From positions 18,166,001 through 18,230,000 of the forward strand of contig OZ249444.1 of NCBI GenBank assembly GCA_965235115.1: 64,000 nt of DNA, given 5' to 3'. Below are positions 1 to 11,484 of the stretch, one piece after another. The position numbers and the translations under genes were made by a program. Source of the stretch: Laetmonice hystrix. Taxonomy: Eukaryota. Each line of letters starts with the position of its first letter. Positions within the stretch are counted from its first letter, which is position 1. A model generated the notes under the pieces. It saw only the letters and a list, made by a program, of their open reading frames with translations. It searched no databases and was not told the DNA's origin.

Positions 1-65
1 GATCAAGTCAACATTAAGGATGAGGAACGGGGTATGACTGTTAGTGTTTTAGTGTTGTGGCTTAC

Positions 66-191
66 CTGGAGGGGGCGCCCATGTCACGTTCGCCTTGAGC
101 AGACCGTTTTGGAAGTAGGGCGGCTGGAGTGTGAGGTTCTGTAGTGGGGGCGGAGTGGGCTGTAATTGTGGAGTTCTCTGTGTCGGACCAG
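66..191 (-). CDS. ANOS1: Anosmin-1 exon I, linker plus start of FN3-3: (A)GPTQRTPQLQPTPPPLQNLTLQPPYFQNGLLKANVTWAPPP
   Basis: Acceptor gttttgctgcag (the other AGs at 178-180 and 160-162 are out of phase with exon H), donor CAG|gtaagc at 65-60, 126 nt, phase 1/1. Confidence 0.9.
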
Positions 192-1126
192 CTGCAGCAA
201 AACGGATTCCGGTAAATCGGACATCAATAATCTAACTGCCTGTTAATACAGCATGAGAAAAAATCAGGTCGAATAATAATGAAAGGTGGAATAAGAAGTG
301 GACTGTCTAAGAAGGTACTAAACCTGAATTAAATATAGAAAAACACCGCCATTATCGTCGAGATGATCCTCTTTAACTAGTCCCAAAAAACAAATACGAT
401 TAAATTTAACAGAGGATTTCACGGAATTCCGAAGAATGGCGAGACCTGTTAAACATACACAAATATTTGTATCCGTTGGTTGAATACATCCTACACCCAA
501 ATGACTGATGTCAACAGGGTTATATTTCTGATCGGTAAGGTAGCGCAGGATTTGTCCGATATAAACCTGGTGTGCCGAGGTGTGTGCGTGTGTTGGGGGG
601 GGGGGAGTGAGATGCATGCGTGCACCCATGCGTCCGTATATACCATTCCAAACCAATCTCTGAATCCATCGTATGTGATCATTCATCCTGTACTTTGTAA
701 ATGTATAACTACCTCGTCTACAACTCAAACTTGACAGGTCTGACTATACGTAAACAAAAAATCTACTTCTGGTAAACATAATATCAACAAAACAATACAG
801 AGCGAGATGAAGGAATCATGTTGAGGGTGTTGTCACAAAGACATTGCGCAGTATAGTAAAGGCATGTCACAGGCCAGCAGCAGTAACTGCTGGCCCCTAG
901 CATTGACTACATTCTCACTACACATGCATTCGTCCGTTCATACTCACACACTCCACGCTCTCTTTCATCAGCCTCCTCCTCAAGACGACCTACGCCTGAT
1001 GATCTATTAGCGCCCCCTAGGTAAAGACGGAGACACTAATTATGACCACACCTTTTGTTAAGCTCAGTAAGAAATCCAACTGAACCGCCGCTGTAGGAGA
1101 AACTAGAATACAACAAGACGAAACAC

Positions 1127-1805
1127 GGACAGACGCAGTAGTGGTAGGTGGCGAGTGTAGGTTAAGATTACGGAGCGTCCGTGTTTGGGACAGACGCAGC
1201 AGTGGTAGGTGGCGAGTGTATGTTAAGATTACGGAGCGTCCGTGTTTGGGACAGACGCAGCAGTGGTAGGTGGCGAGTGTAGGTTAAGATTACGGAGCGT
1301 CCGTGTTTGGGACAGACGCAGCAGTGGTAGGTGGCGAGTGTAGGTTACGATTACGGAGCGTCCGTGTTTGGGACAGACGCAGCAGTGGTAGGTGGCGAGT
1401 GTAGGTTAAGATTACGGAGCGTCCGTGTTTGGGACCGACGCAGCAGTGGTAGGTGGCGAGTGTAGGTTAAGATTACGGAGCGTCCGTGTTTGGGACAGAC
1501 GCAGCAGTGGTAGGTGGCGAGTGTAGGTTAAGATTACGGAGCGTCCGTGTTTGGGACAGACGCAGCAGTGGTAGGTGGCGAGTGTAGGTTAAGATTACGG
1601 AGCGTCCGTGTTTGGGACAGACGCAGCAGTGGTAGGTGGCGAGTGTAGGTTAAGATTACGGAGCGTCCGTGTTTGGGACAGACGCAGCAGTGGTAGGTGG
1701 CGAGTGTAGGTTAAGATTACGGAGCGTCCGTGTTTGGGACAGACGCAGCAGTGGTAGGTGGCGAGTGTAGGTTAAGATTAGGGAGCGTCCGTGTTTGGGA
1801 CAGAC
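1127..1805. repeat. Tandem array, 61-bp unit, about 11 copies
   Basis: Unit ggacagacgcagcagtggtaggtggcgagtgtaggttaagattacggagcgtccgtgtttg; near-identical copies with no spacers. Confidence 0.98.
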
Positions 1806-1824
1806 TTGGTTTGGGAGTTCTCAC

Positions 1825-1921
1825 CGTTCTGGGTGGCCTGGGGTAGGGCGTAAGTTGTGATGTAAATACTGGCTCGGTCTCCTTTCAGTCTCATGTCGCC
1901 GTACTGACTGATGGCTTGTAC
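1825..1921 (-). CDS. ANOS1: Anosmin-1 exon H, end of FN3-2: VQAISQYGDMRLKGDRASIYITTYALPQATQN(A)
   Basis: Read by hand. Acceptor ttatttgacgtctag, donor ACG|gtgaga, 97 nt, phase 0/1. Parallels human [22 protein letters not shown]. Confidence 0.93.
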
Positions 1922-2748
1922 CTAGACGTCAAATAACAATGGAATCACAACTTTGTATACAATCTTTCACCTTAAGGTTCTTTTAAACATAACAGGTACA
2001 TAACAGGTACATACATTTAAAAAAAGACATTGCGTATACTTTGACCCCTTGTCCGGACACTGTCCATATGCTGTTGACAACGGTCAAGATCCCCAATCTT
2101 TGACCTTGTCCAGAGGTGACCTGAGTGGTCATTACCTGGTCAGTAACAGTTCCTGTCAGAGTGGTGCATTTACCGAGTGGTCAGCACTGGACACTGCTGC
2201 AGGTAATTACACTGACCACTTGTCTGGCTGCTGTCACTGGACACTTCCTGACATACAATGACCACAAACAATTCACTCCGCCAAAAATTACTACGTCGGC
2301 AGCACTTTCTCTCTTGAATAGCATCGTTGTTTATTATAAAAATATTACTCAAAGTATGCCTACACAATCGTAAAGTAAATTTGATTGATAAAAATGACTT
2401 CAGATTAAAACTCCTCCAGCTCATGTTATCGTCGGCGTGTTTTCAAGCCTGAATGTTTTGTATTAGTGGCAGATCAATGGAAGCACTACAGGATTGCCGA
2501 CAAATAAAGGCACCGACCTCACCTCGGCTGACCTCACAGAAACATAGGGTAGACCTCTCATGACATGTGCCCCGTCAAACTGATCGTCCACCGACACTCC
2601 AGATGAAATCTTCACAAGCCACGGATTCCATTTGACATTTTCAAATCTTTGTGCTAGTTTATTTAATCTACGGGCACACTTAGGACAACGCGCTATTTGA
2701 CCAGGTATAAAAGATCTGAGAGATCAAATAAAACCAGTTGTAGCTTAC

Positions 2749-2805
2749 CTGTACAAAGTAGGTAGTGTCTGGGTCGAGATCCTCGAGGTCGAAGGTTAAC
2801 TGATC
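2749..2805 (-). CDS. ANOS1: Anosmin-1 exon G, FN3-2: DQLTFDLEDLDPDTTYFVQ
   Basis: Read by hand. Acceptor atgtttag, donor CAG|gtaagc, 57 nt, phase 0/0. Contains the FN3 tyrosine-corner motif LxDLxPxTxY. Confidence 0.93.
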
Positions 2806-3691
2806 CTAAACATAAGCATCAATATTGAATTTACCTTTCTACATGTATCCTTAGGACAAAACTACCATTTTATAAACATTCATAAAATAAAGAAATATCT
2901 TACTTCATAGCATATAAAATTTAATACTGAAGTTCATGTAATGCAATAACAAATGCTATAAATGCGTAAAAAAAAGTTATGCTAATTCAAACCAGTCAAA
3001 CCATTCTGACTGCATTTTTGTGTGTGTAAAACACTGGTTAAGAGGCCGTCGCCAAGCGATGCTCATTTAATGGATGTCAAAACACCTCAAGCCCAATCAG
3101 ACATCCTACCACCCTCCCTTCGGCAACTAAATGCTGATGACCATGCTATTAATATGCACTGTCACTTAGTTGGCATGGCAACAACACAATACCAGCAAAT
3201 TAGGTAGCCTGGGCTGAGACTTTACAAGGACTCCCTCCTAAGTTCTAAGTAGCATACTCTCATCTGATAACTTTCGATCTGCCCGAGATGCCATCCACTC
3301 CATTCAGCCGGAGTGTGGTCAACAGCTCCTGACGACCAACCTCTTAAAAAAAGATAATTCACTCGCACCTATCTGACCCGTTCGGGCGCCCTCCCTTAAA
3401 GACTTCAGTCACCACTGGGGTTCCTCTATACCAATTGTCAAAGCATGCGCAAGTGTTAGTGCCAGATTCCATCTCCAGAGGGAGCTTTCTGAAGGACATT
3501 TATACCTTGAGGGGAGACAAGAGCTAGGAGCACTACACTCCTAAAGTTTGTGGTTTCAATCAGGAAGCGCAAGTTGTATAGAATCTGTCATCTCAAATCC
3601 TACTTTGATCTGCTACTGCACAGGAAGAGTGGTCGATTGTTTGGGTAACGAGGCGTAGATCTACCAACCAATCAGGAAGCAGGACACTTAC

Positions 3692-3769
3692 CCCTGGCAG
3701 CGCCTTCTTGTGTTCGCGCAGAGAAACGAGCTGTGCTGACACGCTTTTCAACCTCCGACTCCAGTAGAC
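3692..3769 (-). CDS. ANOS1: Anosmin-1 exon F, FN3-2: VYWSRRLKSVSAQLVSLREHKKALPG
   Basis: Acceptor gagtacag (weak pyrimidine tract), donor GGG|gtaagt, 78 nt, phase 0/0. Continues RYK|VYWS as in human HYKVFWS. Confidence 0.92.
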
Positions 3770-4110
3770 CTGTACTCGACCAAACACACCATCACACACT
3801 TTAACTCCCACTCCAAACTCATACAGTATATCTTCAACATGGCGATACCACTTGACCTCCTCACCGTCCACACGACGTCACAGAGTACCGGGTGATAGAA
3901 CTCAATTGTTTTATGTCATCTATCGAGGATGTCATAATAAATAAAACTGGTTGAAAAACCTTTCATGGTTCAGTCAGAAATACCAAGGTAAACATTCAAG
4001 TTAAAGAAAAATCTGCTAGCGATTCCTGTCAATCTCCATTTCGTTATCAAGTAAATCTGGAAGGTATACCCTCAATGAAATCCTGACTGAAGCCGTGTCT
4101 TTGACCTTAC

Positions 4111-4238
4111 CTTGTAGCGTGACACGGGCAGATCGGATTTCTTGGGCGGCCTCCAATGGACTGTAACTGTGACGCGATTACTTTGTATTCGGGTGTCCCC
4201 TTCAATAAGGTTCTCGGGAGAGGCCGGGGCTTGAGGCT
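4111..4238 (-). CDS. ANOS1: Anosmin-1 exon E, start of FN3-2: (E)PQAPASPENLIEGDTRIQSNRVTVTVHWRPPKKSDLPVSRYK
   Basis: Acceptor gtggtttacag, donor AAG|gtaagg, 128 nt, phase 1/0. Parallels human PSAPPAPANL...VTVTIVWDLP...PVHHYK. Confidence 0.95.
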
Positions 4239-7200
4239 CTGTAAACCACACAACTGGCATTAATTCTAACTCTATACGACACACCTTCAGCTAATCTGTA
4301 CGCCCACTGAAAAAAACAACGACGAAAGACACTATATGTTATTCAAGGAAATGAAGCGAAAAAGCTGTAGAAAAGCGCGCATCTAGTAAAACGAAGCTCC
4401 GAATGACATTCCTACGTGAAAACTCAAGTTTTTTTTACGTATGGTGACTTAAATTTCGAATCTTGCCGACGTCATTCAATCTTATAGTGACTACCTAAAC
4501 TGCTTATGGTTCGGCACTGTTGAAACATGTTATGAAAGTCTTTAAGATAAGAAATTCCTTTAAGAGAGTGAATATTAGATGCCTCAAATATCGCAATTAA
4601 CAAATGATCTTAGTAATGAAAACATCACGATTGTAGGCCTACACCTACACTTGCTGCCTGATTTTAAAAAGAAGCTTCACTCTATTGTCTACCTACTTAT
4701 ATAACAAAGAGGGTGGGTGATACGTTCTACATGGTAAACAATGACACAATAAAATCAACGTAGCTTGGAAGATTGCAAGAGCTTAAGGCTGACGGAAAGC
4801 TTAATGTCCTAGAACAGACCGCATCAGGGGATATGTACACTAACTGAATGAATATTTGTAAACGAGTAATTAAATATCCAAACTATGAACCATTAAATGA
4901 GATGTTGAAGGGGACGTTTAGAACGACTGATGGGCAAGTAACGACCAATCATGTTTGCAACTAATAATCTGATATTTATGTCGGCCCTAAGCCTACAAGT
5001 TGCCTCATATATACTGGGCCTTACTTTCAGGGAAATGTATTTTATATATCCTACAATTTCTTAAAATGGATAGTGCAGACTGCTGGCAGATACACAGAAG
5101 TCCTTGAAAAGAGGATTTCTGGATCTTCATATAATAATGGTAGGCCCTACTCATAGATCTCCTTATTCAAGGCATGTCTGGTAACTTGTCATTAAGAATT
5201 TGACTTGTCCCTTTGTAGCGTTAGGACTATGCCCAAAGCTTATGTCAAGCCTAATTAAGGAATTGATACAGATTCTGACATCATTTGGCAAACATTAACG
5301 ACTTCTGGTTAAACAGACAGAAAGCAATCAACCGCTTCCCAGATTGTCAGCTCGAAATTGGAAAAGTGTTTGCAGAATGAGCAATATTCTGACGAAGACA
5401 TCCAACGTGAAAAACCAGGGAGGCTTTGAGTTGTTCGGTCTGGCCCGGATTGTCAATACGTGAATGAACAAATTCATGTCGATAAATAATCATCGAAATT
5501 TTCCACTTCATCAGACTAGCACCGCGGAGGTAGCCTCGAGAACATTGAGGTGGTTTCTTTACGCATGAATAGCTATGGCATTCCACTCGTCCGGCTGAAA
5601 TGGAACCTCTGATTTGGATCTTTTTAAATGACACCATGTTAATTTCACCATCCTTTCAAACCCGTCCCGGATTAGGCCCCCACTAATCCTTTGATGCCAT
5701 TTCTCCTGACAGCCGACTTGTGTAGCTTGTCTATTCATTTGCGGTGTTTTCATTTCATTTCGCTGCACAAACATGTGGTTTGCATCCCACAAGATCTGGC
5801 CATCGAGGGAATCTCTGGCAAGTGACAGGCTGCTGACCTCCGGGGACAGACGTCAATCGGCACAATGCATCGTCACCTCGCTGGATGGTCATCTGTGGGT
5901 AGGAGGCAATATTCGGGTGTCAGATGACCAAATAGAGTTGGCTACTTTTGGAGCAGGGGTCACCCTGTCAGTCTGATATCTGTCACGACGCTCATCTTGG
6001 CGGCACTAAGCATGACAGCGAGATCGGACAGCACGGGTAACACAGTCCAGGGGGCGCTGTAAGCGGAGGGCCGTCTGATCGCTAACTTGGTACGGGCCGA
6101 ATGTATCGGCTGTGACGGGTGATAGTCCGGATCACTCTCACAGATACAGAACCAGTGGTGATAAGAAAACGGAGGGATGTTTTTGTCAACTTCACCGCCG
6201 CCTAGTCAGCCAGCCTCAACAGTTGATATCACACTACACAAACCACCAATGAATAATCGTTTCCAGTTTCCTCCAGTATCATCAGTAGCCCCCCCCCATT
6301 TAGATTACCGGTAAGTTTAAACTGATGGGAAGTGGGTCCGTTTAAACTAGGTATTCAGGGTTTTTTCGTCACATAACTTTGTCCGCTGTTAGAGCAAAGA
6401 AAGTTGACAGTGGGGTTTTCTTATTCACTGGCAAAGTATATTTGCTAGGCTATGTAGACATGTACTGTGTATGCGTGCGTATAGAGTTCAGAGATCTTGA
6501 GTATCTTCTTAAAAAGTTACCATTTTAATATACAGACAGATACGTTGTGTATGTGAAAAGTACAGTGTCACAATCTTCTATAAAGTAACGGTTTCAGTCA
6601 TTCTGGCCACAAATCTCCAATTCATGTTCCATCAGGTTAATTATTTTCTATCTCTTGGGTTGGACGTGGAGCCGTTTTAAGTTATAAAACTGGTGTGTAC
6701 ATTGTGTAGTGATTTGTGCTGGTGATGTAACTACTGTAATGATGGTGCATTCTACCGACAGGTGCCTTTACTTCATCACATGTAGGGGCCCATATACTAC
6801 ATTCCATGAAACCGTTCAAGTATTTCGATCTATAATGGAATCTATAAGGCCCATGTTCTAAAAATTACGTAGGGTGAGGGTTATAATTTGAGTTTAGATA
6901 TCAGACTGGATCAGCTAAATCCTTGACAGAGTATACTGAACGTGAACGTATTAGCTGCAGACAGACAGCCTTATCGCGTGAAATAATCTCTTCACTACTG
7001 AATTTTTATCACTTCTCCGAGATATGGATACTTTTAGAAGATGGGCCCATGGCTTCTTACCTAACCTAACTCGGGAGTGAAGGAGAGAGGGAGGAGTTTT
7101 TGTCACAATACATGTACTTTACTGACGGAAATGTAACTGTACAGAATGTGTTGTGTGTGTTCGGTACTAGGCTGGGATATATCTACCGACTGGCCTTAGA

Positions 7201-7816
7201 CTATGTCAGCAATCTATGAACAGTGGTCACAATGTATCAGTCGATGGGAGTTTCTTAGGCTAGCCCACGGCTGAACCTTGCGTCTTTATAACGCAACATT
7301 TTGGGAAGGATTTGAAAGAATATGGTCAATTATCACATTTCCTTTTCATAATTAAATATGGTCACGGCAGAAAGTAAATATTATTCGGTTTCTCGACCTG
7401 AATTAGGCTTTATATCACTGTTCATAGATGTATAAGACGTGTGGTATTATATACATGGTATATATGGATATAAGACAGCAGTGCTTTTGCGCTGGTTGCC
7501 ATGACTACCTGGCCATGCTTCCTTACCTGACACTTAGTACGATTAAAAGACAAAAGAACCACTTGTTTTACACAAAGATGGCACACAACCACAAAGTATA
7601 TAAATATTAACAAGGAAACGAGTCTGACATACAGATCTCCTTCCGGGGAACTCCATACCAAACAATATCAGGACATATAGCACAGATCTAAGGTTGAATA
7701 TACCTACACATTAAGGTAACTGATGTCTCTACTGTATTGTTCACATTACGATATACGCGGTACTAGGCACACAGAAGGTAGCTCGGCTTGAAAGATAGCC
7801 CTAAACTAAACTGAGA

Positions 7817-8675
7817 ACACCTCATTCTGTCTGTCCTATCTCACACCATACTTGGCCTCAGATACCTCATTCTGTCTGTCCTATCTCACACCATACTTAG
7901 CTTCAGATACCTCATTCTGTCTGTCCTATCTCACACCATATTTGGCTTCAGATACCTCATTCTGTTTGTCCTATCTCACACCATACTTGGCTTCAGATAC
8001 CTCATTCTGTCTGTCCTATCTCACACCATACTTCGCTTCAGATACCTCATTCTGTTTGGCCTATCTCACACCATACTTCGCTTCAGATACCTCATTCTGT
8101 CTGTCCTATCTCACACCATACTTGGCTTCAGATACCTCATTCTGTCTGTCCTATCTCACACCATACTTGGCCTCAGATATCTCATTCTGTCTGTCCTATC
8201 TCACATCATACTTGGCTTCAGATACCTCATTCTGTCTGTCCGATCTCACACCATAGTTGGCTTCAGATACCTCATTCTGTCTGTCCTATCTCACACCATA
8301 CTTGGCTTCAGATACCTCATTCTCTCTGTCCTATCTCACACCATACTTGGCTTCAGACACCTCATTCTGTCTGTCCTATCTCACACCATACTTGGCTTCA
8401 GATACCTCATTCTGTCTGTCCTATCTCACACCATACTTGGCTTCAGATACCTCATTCTGTCTGTCCTATCTCACACCATACTTGGCTTCAGATACCTCAT
8501 TCTGTCTGTCCTATCTCACACCATACTTGGCTTCTGATACCTCATTCTGTCTGTCCTATCTCACACCATACTTGGCTTCAGATACCTCATTCTGTCTGTC
8601 CTATCTCACACCATACTTGGCTTCAGATACCTCATTCTGTCTGTCCTATCTCACACCATACTTGGCTTCAGATAC
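7817..8675. repeat. Tandem array, 45-bp unit, about 19 copies
   Basis: Unit cttggcttcagatacctcattctgtctgtcctatctcacaccata. It accounts for the ASDTSFCLSYLTPYL pseudo-ORFs. Confidence 0.98.
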
Positions 8676-10318
8676 TGGTTAATGATATGGAAAACGTACA
8701 AAAATGAAAAGAAGTTCACAGAAGTTAATATCCATTATTTTAAAACGGTGCATATCGTACAATCATGGCAAGAGACATGGGGTCACTTATATCTATCATA
8801 ATTCAGAACCACAATATTTTGTCCACAACGGACTTCGTACATGTAAACCGTCAGTGAGGATGATCATCGTACTTATAATTCACATCCTGGAAGTTCCTTC
8901 GACTTGCTCACAAGTTGCCGCACCTCTATCCTCTAGAACTACTTTATCTGACACACCATAAGACTTCATTCAGTTGTGAATACTTGTATAATTTAAGGTA
9001 GTGATGAAACTTGCTGTCGAAGTGCGACATCAATGACTGAGTTGTCGACTAACACCACTGCTCACAAATCATGAAAGAGATTAAATTTGTTCTCATTAAT
9101 CCATTGTCTGCTAACACTTTCCCTTGCCGTCTAGCCCAAACAATCACTAATTAAAGTTCAAATACACTTTGGGAATTCTAGTTTCCATTGACGTATAAGT
9201 GATGATTTGACTTGACAAGTACAACAAATAAATGTCGCTTTGAAATGAATATAGACAGATGTCTCAATACATCCAGTAACAAACAATAGCTAATGATAAT
9301 TCAATTACTGTGGGAACCTCAGAATCTAAATGGAAGAGGATGTTCAGTAGCGTCTGCTAGCCCCGGTGTAAATTGCTGTGTGTCGGAGACTGTATCTTCC
9401 GATCCCTTCCCATTATAACATTCGCTGTGAATCCGTTACAGTGAACAGAGATGAAAACGCAACATTCCTTAATTAATACAACATCCTTACAAGGTTTATC
9501 TCCACGGCACCAAACAAAACGCGCCGATGTTTGTGTTTAAATATTGAATTTCAAAAGTTAGTTTCAGCTGAACCGTAGACGTCGTCAACACTTGTGAATA
9601 CTTCTCTCTGATAGAGAGATTTACCGTATGATGTATGTCAGAATTCGGATTCCAGGAAACCATTATATTTCAAGAAAGGTCCCGTTGTCTTGGATCACAT
9701 CCAAAGGGTAGGCATATTAAATCCCCCACAACGTTTCTATACGACACCATAGCTCGACGATTTAATGATACAATAAAATCATGAATACTGATCTGCAGAC
9801 AATTGATTTATTTGTCGCCTCCCCGTTCCCTAGTCATTCCTAATTCCTCAAGCCAGTCATGTGAGTGAAACTGATTGCCTCCTGATGCAGACACCTGCCC
9901 ACTGACTGTTGCCTCCCCGCCACGGCCTCCTTGGCATACTTGTATCCTCCATTCTCTCCTCATCTCCTCAATCCCCATCGTCAGTAAGTTCTCGATTCGT
10001 ACCCGGCTACTTACTGACTTACGAAGCTATCTCTTGACACTCCACTCTGACACAATGCCCACCGACAATGACAACAAAAGCCAATTACTGTCCACTGTAA
10101 ACAGAGACCTTGCGGCCCATGTGAAACCGATCCGTTCACAGTTGTCAGCATGGTCACTGTTGTTACCGGGACCTTTACTACATGTACTCTCCGTCACCCG
10201 CTATCAACCTTTATATGGTTACCCAGACTGATCCTCATGAAAAGATGACCTTAGAAAGCCACCTTACAGTGTTAACATTACCCTCTGGCCTCAGAGTGGC
10301 CGAGATATACCGACTTAC

Positions 10319-10448
10319 CTTTAGAGACTTTGAACGGATCGGATGGCTCCGAGAATCCCCGACTCCCGTTCACACTGACGGAGCTCACTCGGAACTGGTA
10401 CCACCGACCGGGCCCGATGTCTCGTAGTATTGTCGCTGTGTGTGTTGT
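10319..10448 (-). CDS. ANOS1: Anosmin-1 exon D, second part of FN3-1: TTHTATILRDIGPGRWYQFRVSSVSVNGSRGFSEPSDPFKVSK(E)
   Basis: Not in the ORF track in this frame; read by hand. Acceptor gctgtgtttcag, donor AAG|gtaagt, 130 nt, phase 0/1. Contains the RWYQFRV...G.RGF signature. Confidence 0.96.
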
Positions 10449-10756
10449 CTGAAACACAGCAATCAGTCACACCAATTATACAACATTGTCCGTTTGAAAA
10501 CTCCATGTGGCAAATAACTTCTCACTCTACAAACAAAGCAGTACATCTACAACATGCTGTAACGGGCATTATCGCTGCACGATTCATTCAATGGGAATCA
10601 GCCACGGGGGTGGGGGTGGGGACACTCAATATCTGGGTGTCGGTAATACGGAGGGTACTGTAGGATCCTGCTCTCAGTAACAGATATAAACCTACTACAT
10701 CAGGTTCTCTTTAACAGAGTTACTGTAAGACGGATTGTATCTAAATTATCAATGAC

Positions 10757-10945
10757 GGATATACTGTATAGAGGGACTCTAAATCAGGTTCTCAGTGATA
10801 GAGATACTGTAAGAGGGACTCAATATAAAGTTCTCAGTGATAGAGATACTGTAAGAGGGACTCAATATAAAGTTCCCGGTGATAGAGATACTGTAAGAGG
10901 GACTCAATATAAAGTTCTCAATGACAGAGATACTGTAAGAGGGAG
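10757..10945. repeat. Tandem array, 42-bp unit, about 4.5 copies
   Basis: gagatactgtaagagggactcaatataaagttctcagtgata recurs at 10801, 10843, 10885 and 10927 (partial), with a degenerate first copy. Confidence 0.92.
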
Positions 10946-11014
10946 TCTAGGTGAGACGGTGACAGGAATGGAGTGGTGCTGCACGAACGATTGACGATCA
11001 GAATCTCATTGTCA

Positions 11015-11484
11015 GAGATGGCGGCTGGGAGATGGCCTGGAAGTTTACATTCCGTCCGATCTTGATCCCTCTGATCTAGGTCAATCAAAAAAAGTTCACC
11101 ACTCTGGGAACCGATGATGAAAGGAAACAGACTCGTGCTGTTACTGGGTCTTGTTCAATGTCACATCAACAGAGGCGCTCAGCAAGGATGGCGAATGAAC
11201 GCCGCTGAACACGGTTGAACAGACGGCGGCTGAAGACAGACAGCGGTGATCGCACACGGCGCCATGTTCAATACGGATGGGTGTGACGTAAACAAAACGT
11301 CGTGCAGACACCATTCACACTCATTACGTCACGCTTCACTGAGCTGCTAACCTCAGCTTCCCACGGTGACTGTCACGTGACTGCAGACCACAGGATGCGC
11401 TTTCAAACCTGATTGGTTGAGAAATGTCCCGCTCATATGGGGGCAATCAGAGTGGAATTATTGTGGTTTATTGGGCCGGAAGTG
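11015..11484. promoter_or_regulatory. Promoter-like motif cluster inside the exon C-D intron
   Basis: YY1-like gagatggcggc (11015-11025), aaggatggcg (11184-11193) and cggcgccatgtt (11257-11268). CRE/ATF tgacgtaa (11284-11291) and ttacgtca (11324-11331). E-box gtcacgtgac (11372-11381), CCAAT box ctgattggtt (11409-11418) and ETS ccggaagtg (11476-11484). The region is locally CpG-rich. Confidence 0.5.

Noticed and set aside
7852-8682. ORFs of repeating ASDTSFCLSYLTPYL
   Set aside because: Translation of the 45-bp array; no splice or start context.
10752-10994. ORF with DRDTVRGTQYKVL repeats
   Set aside because: Translation of the 42-bp array.
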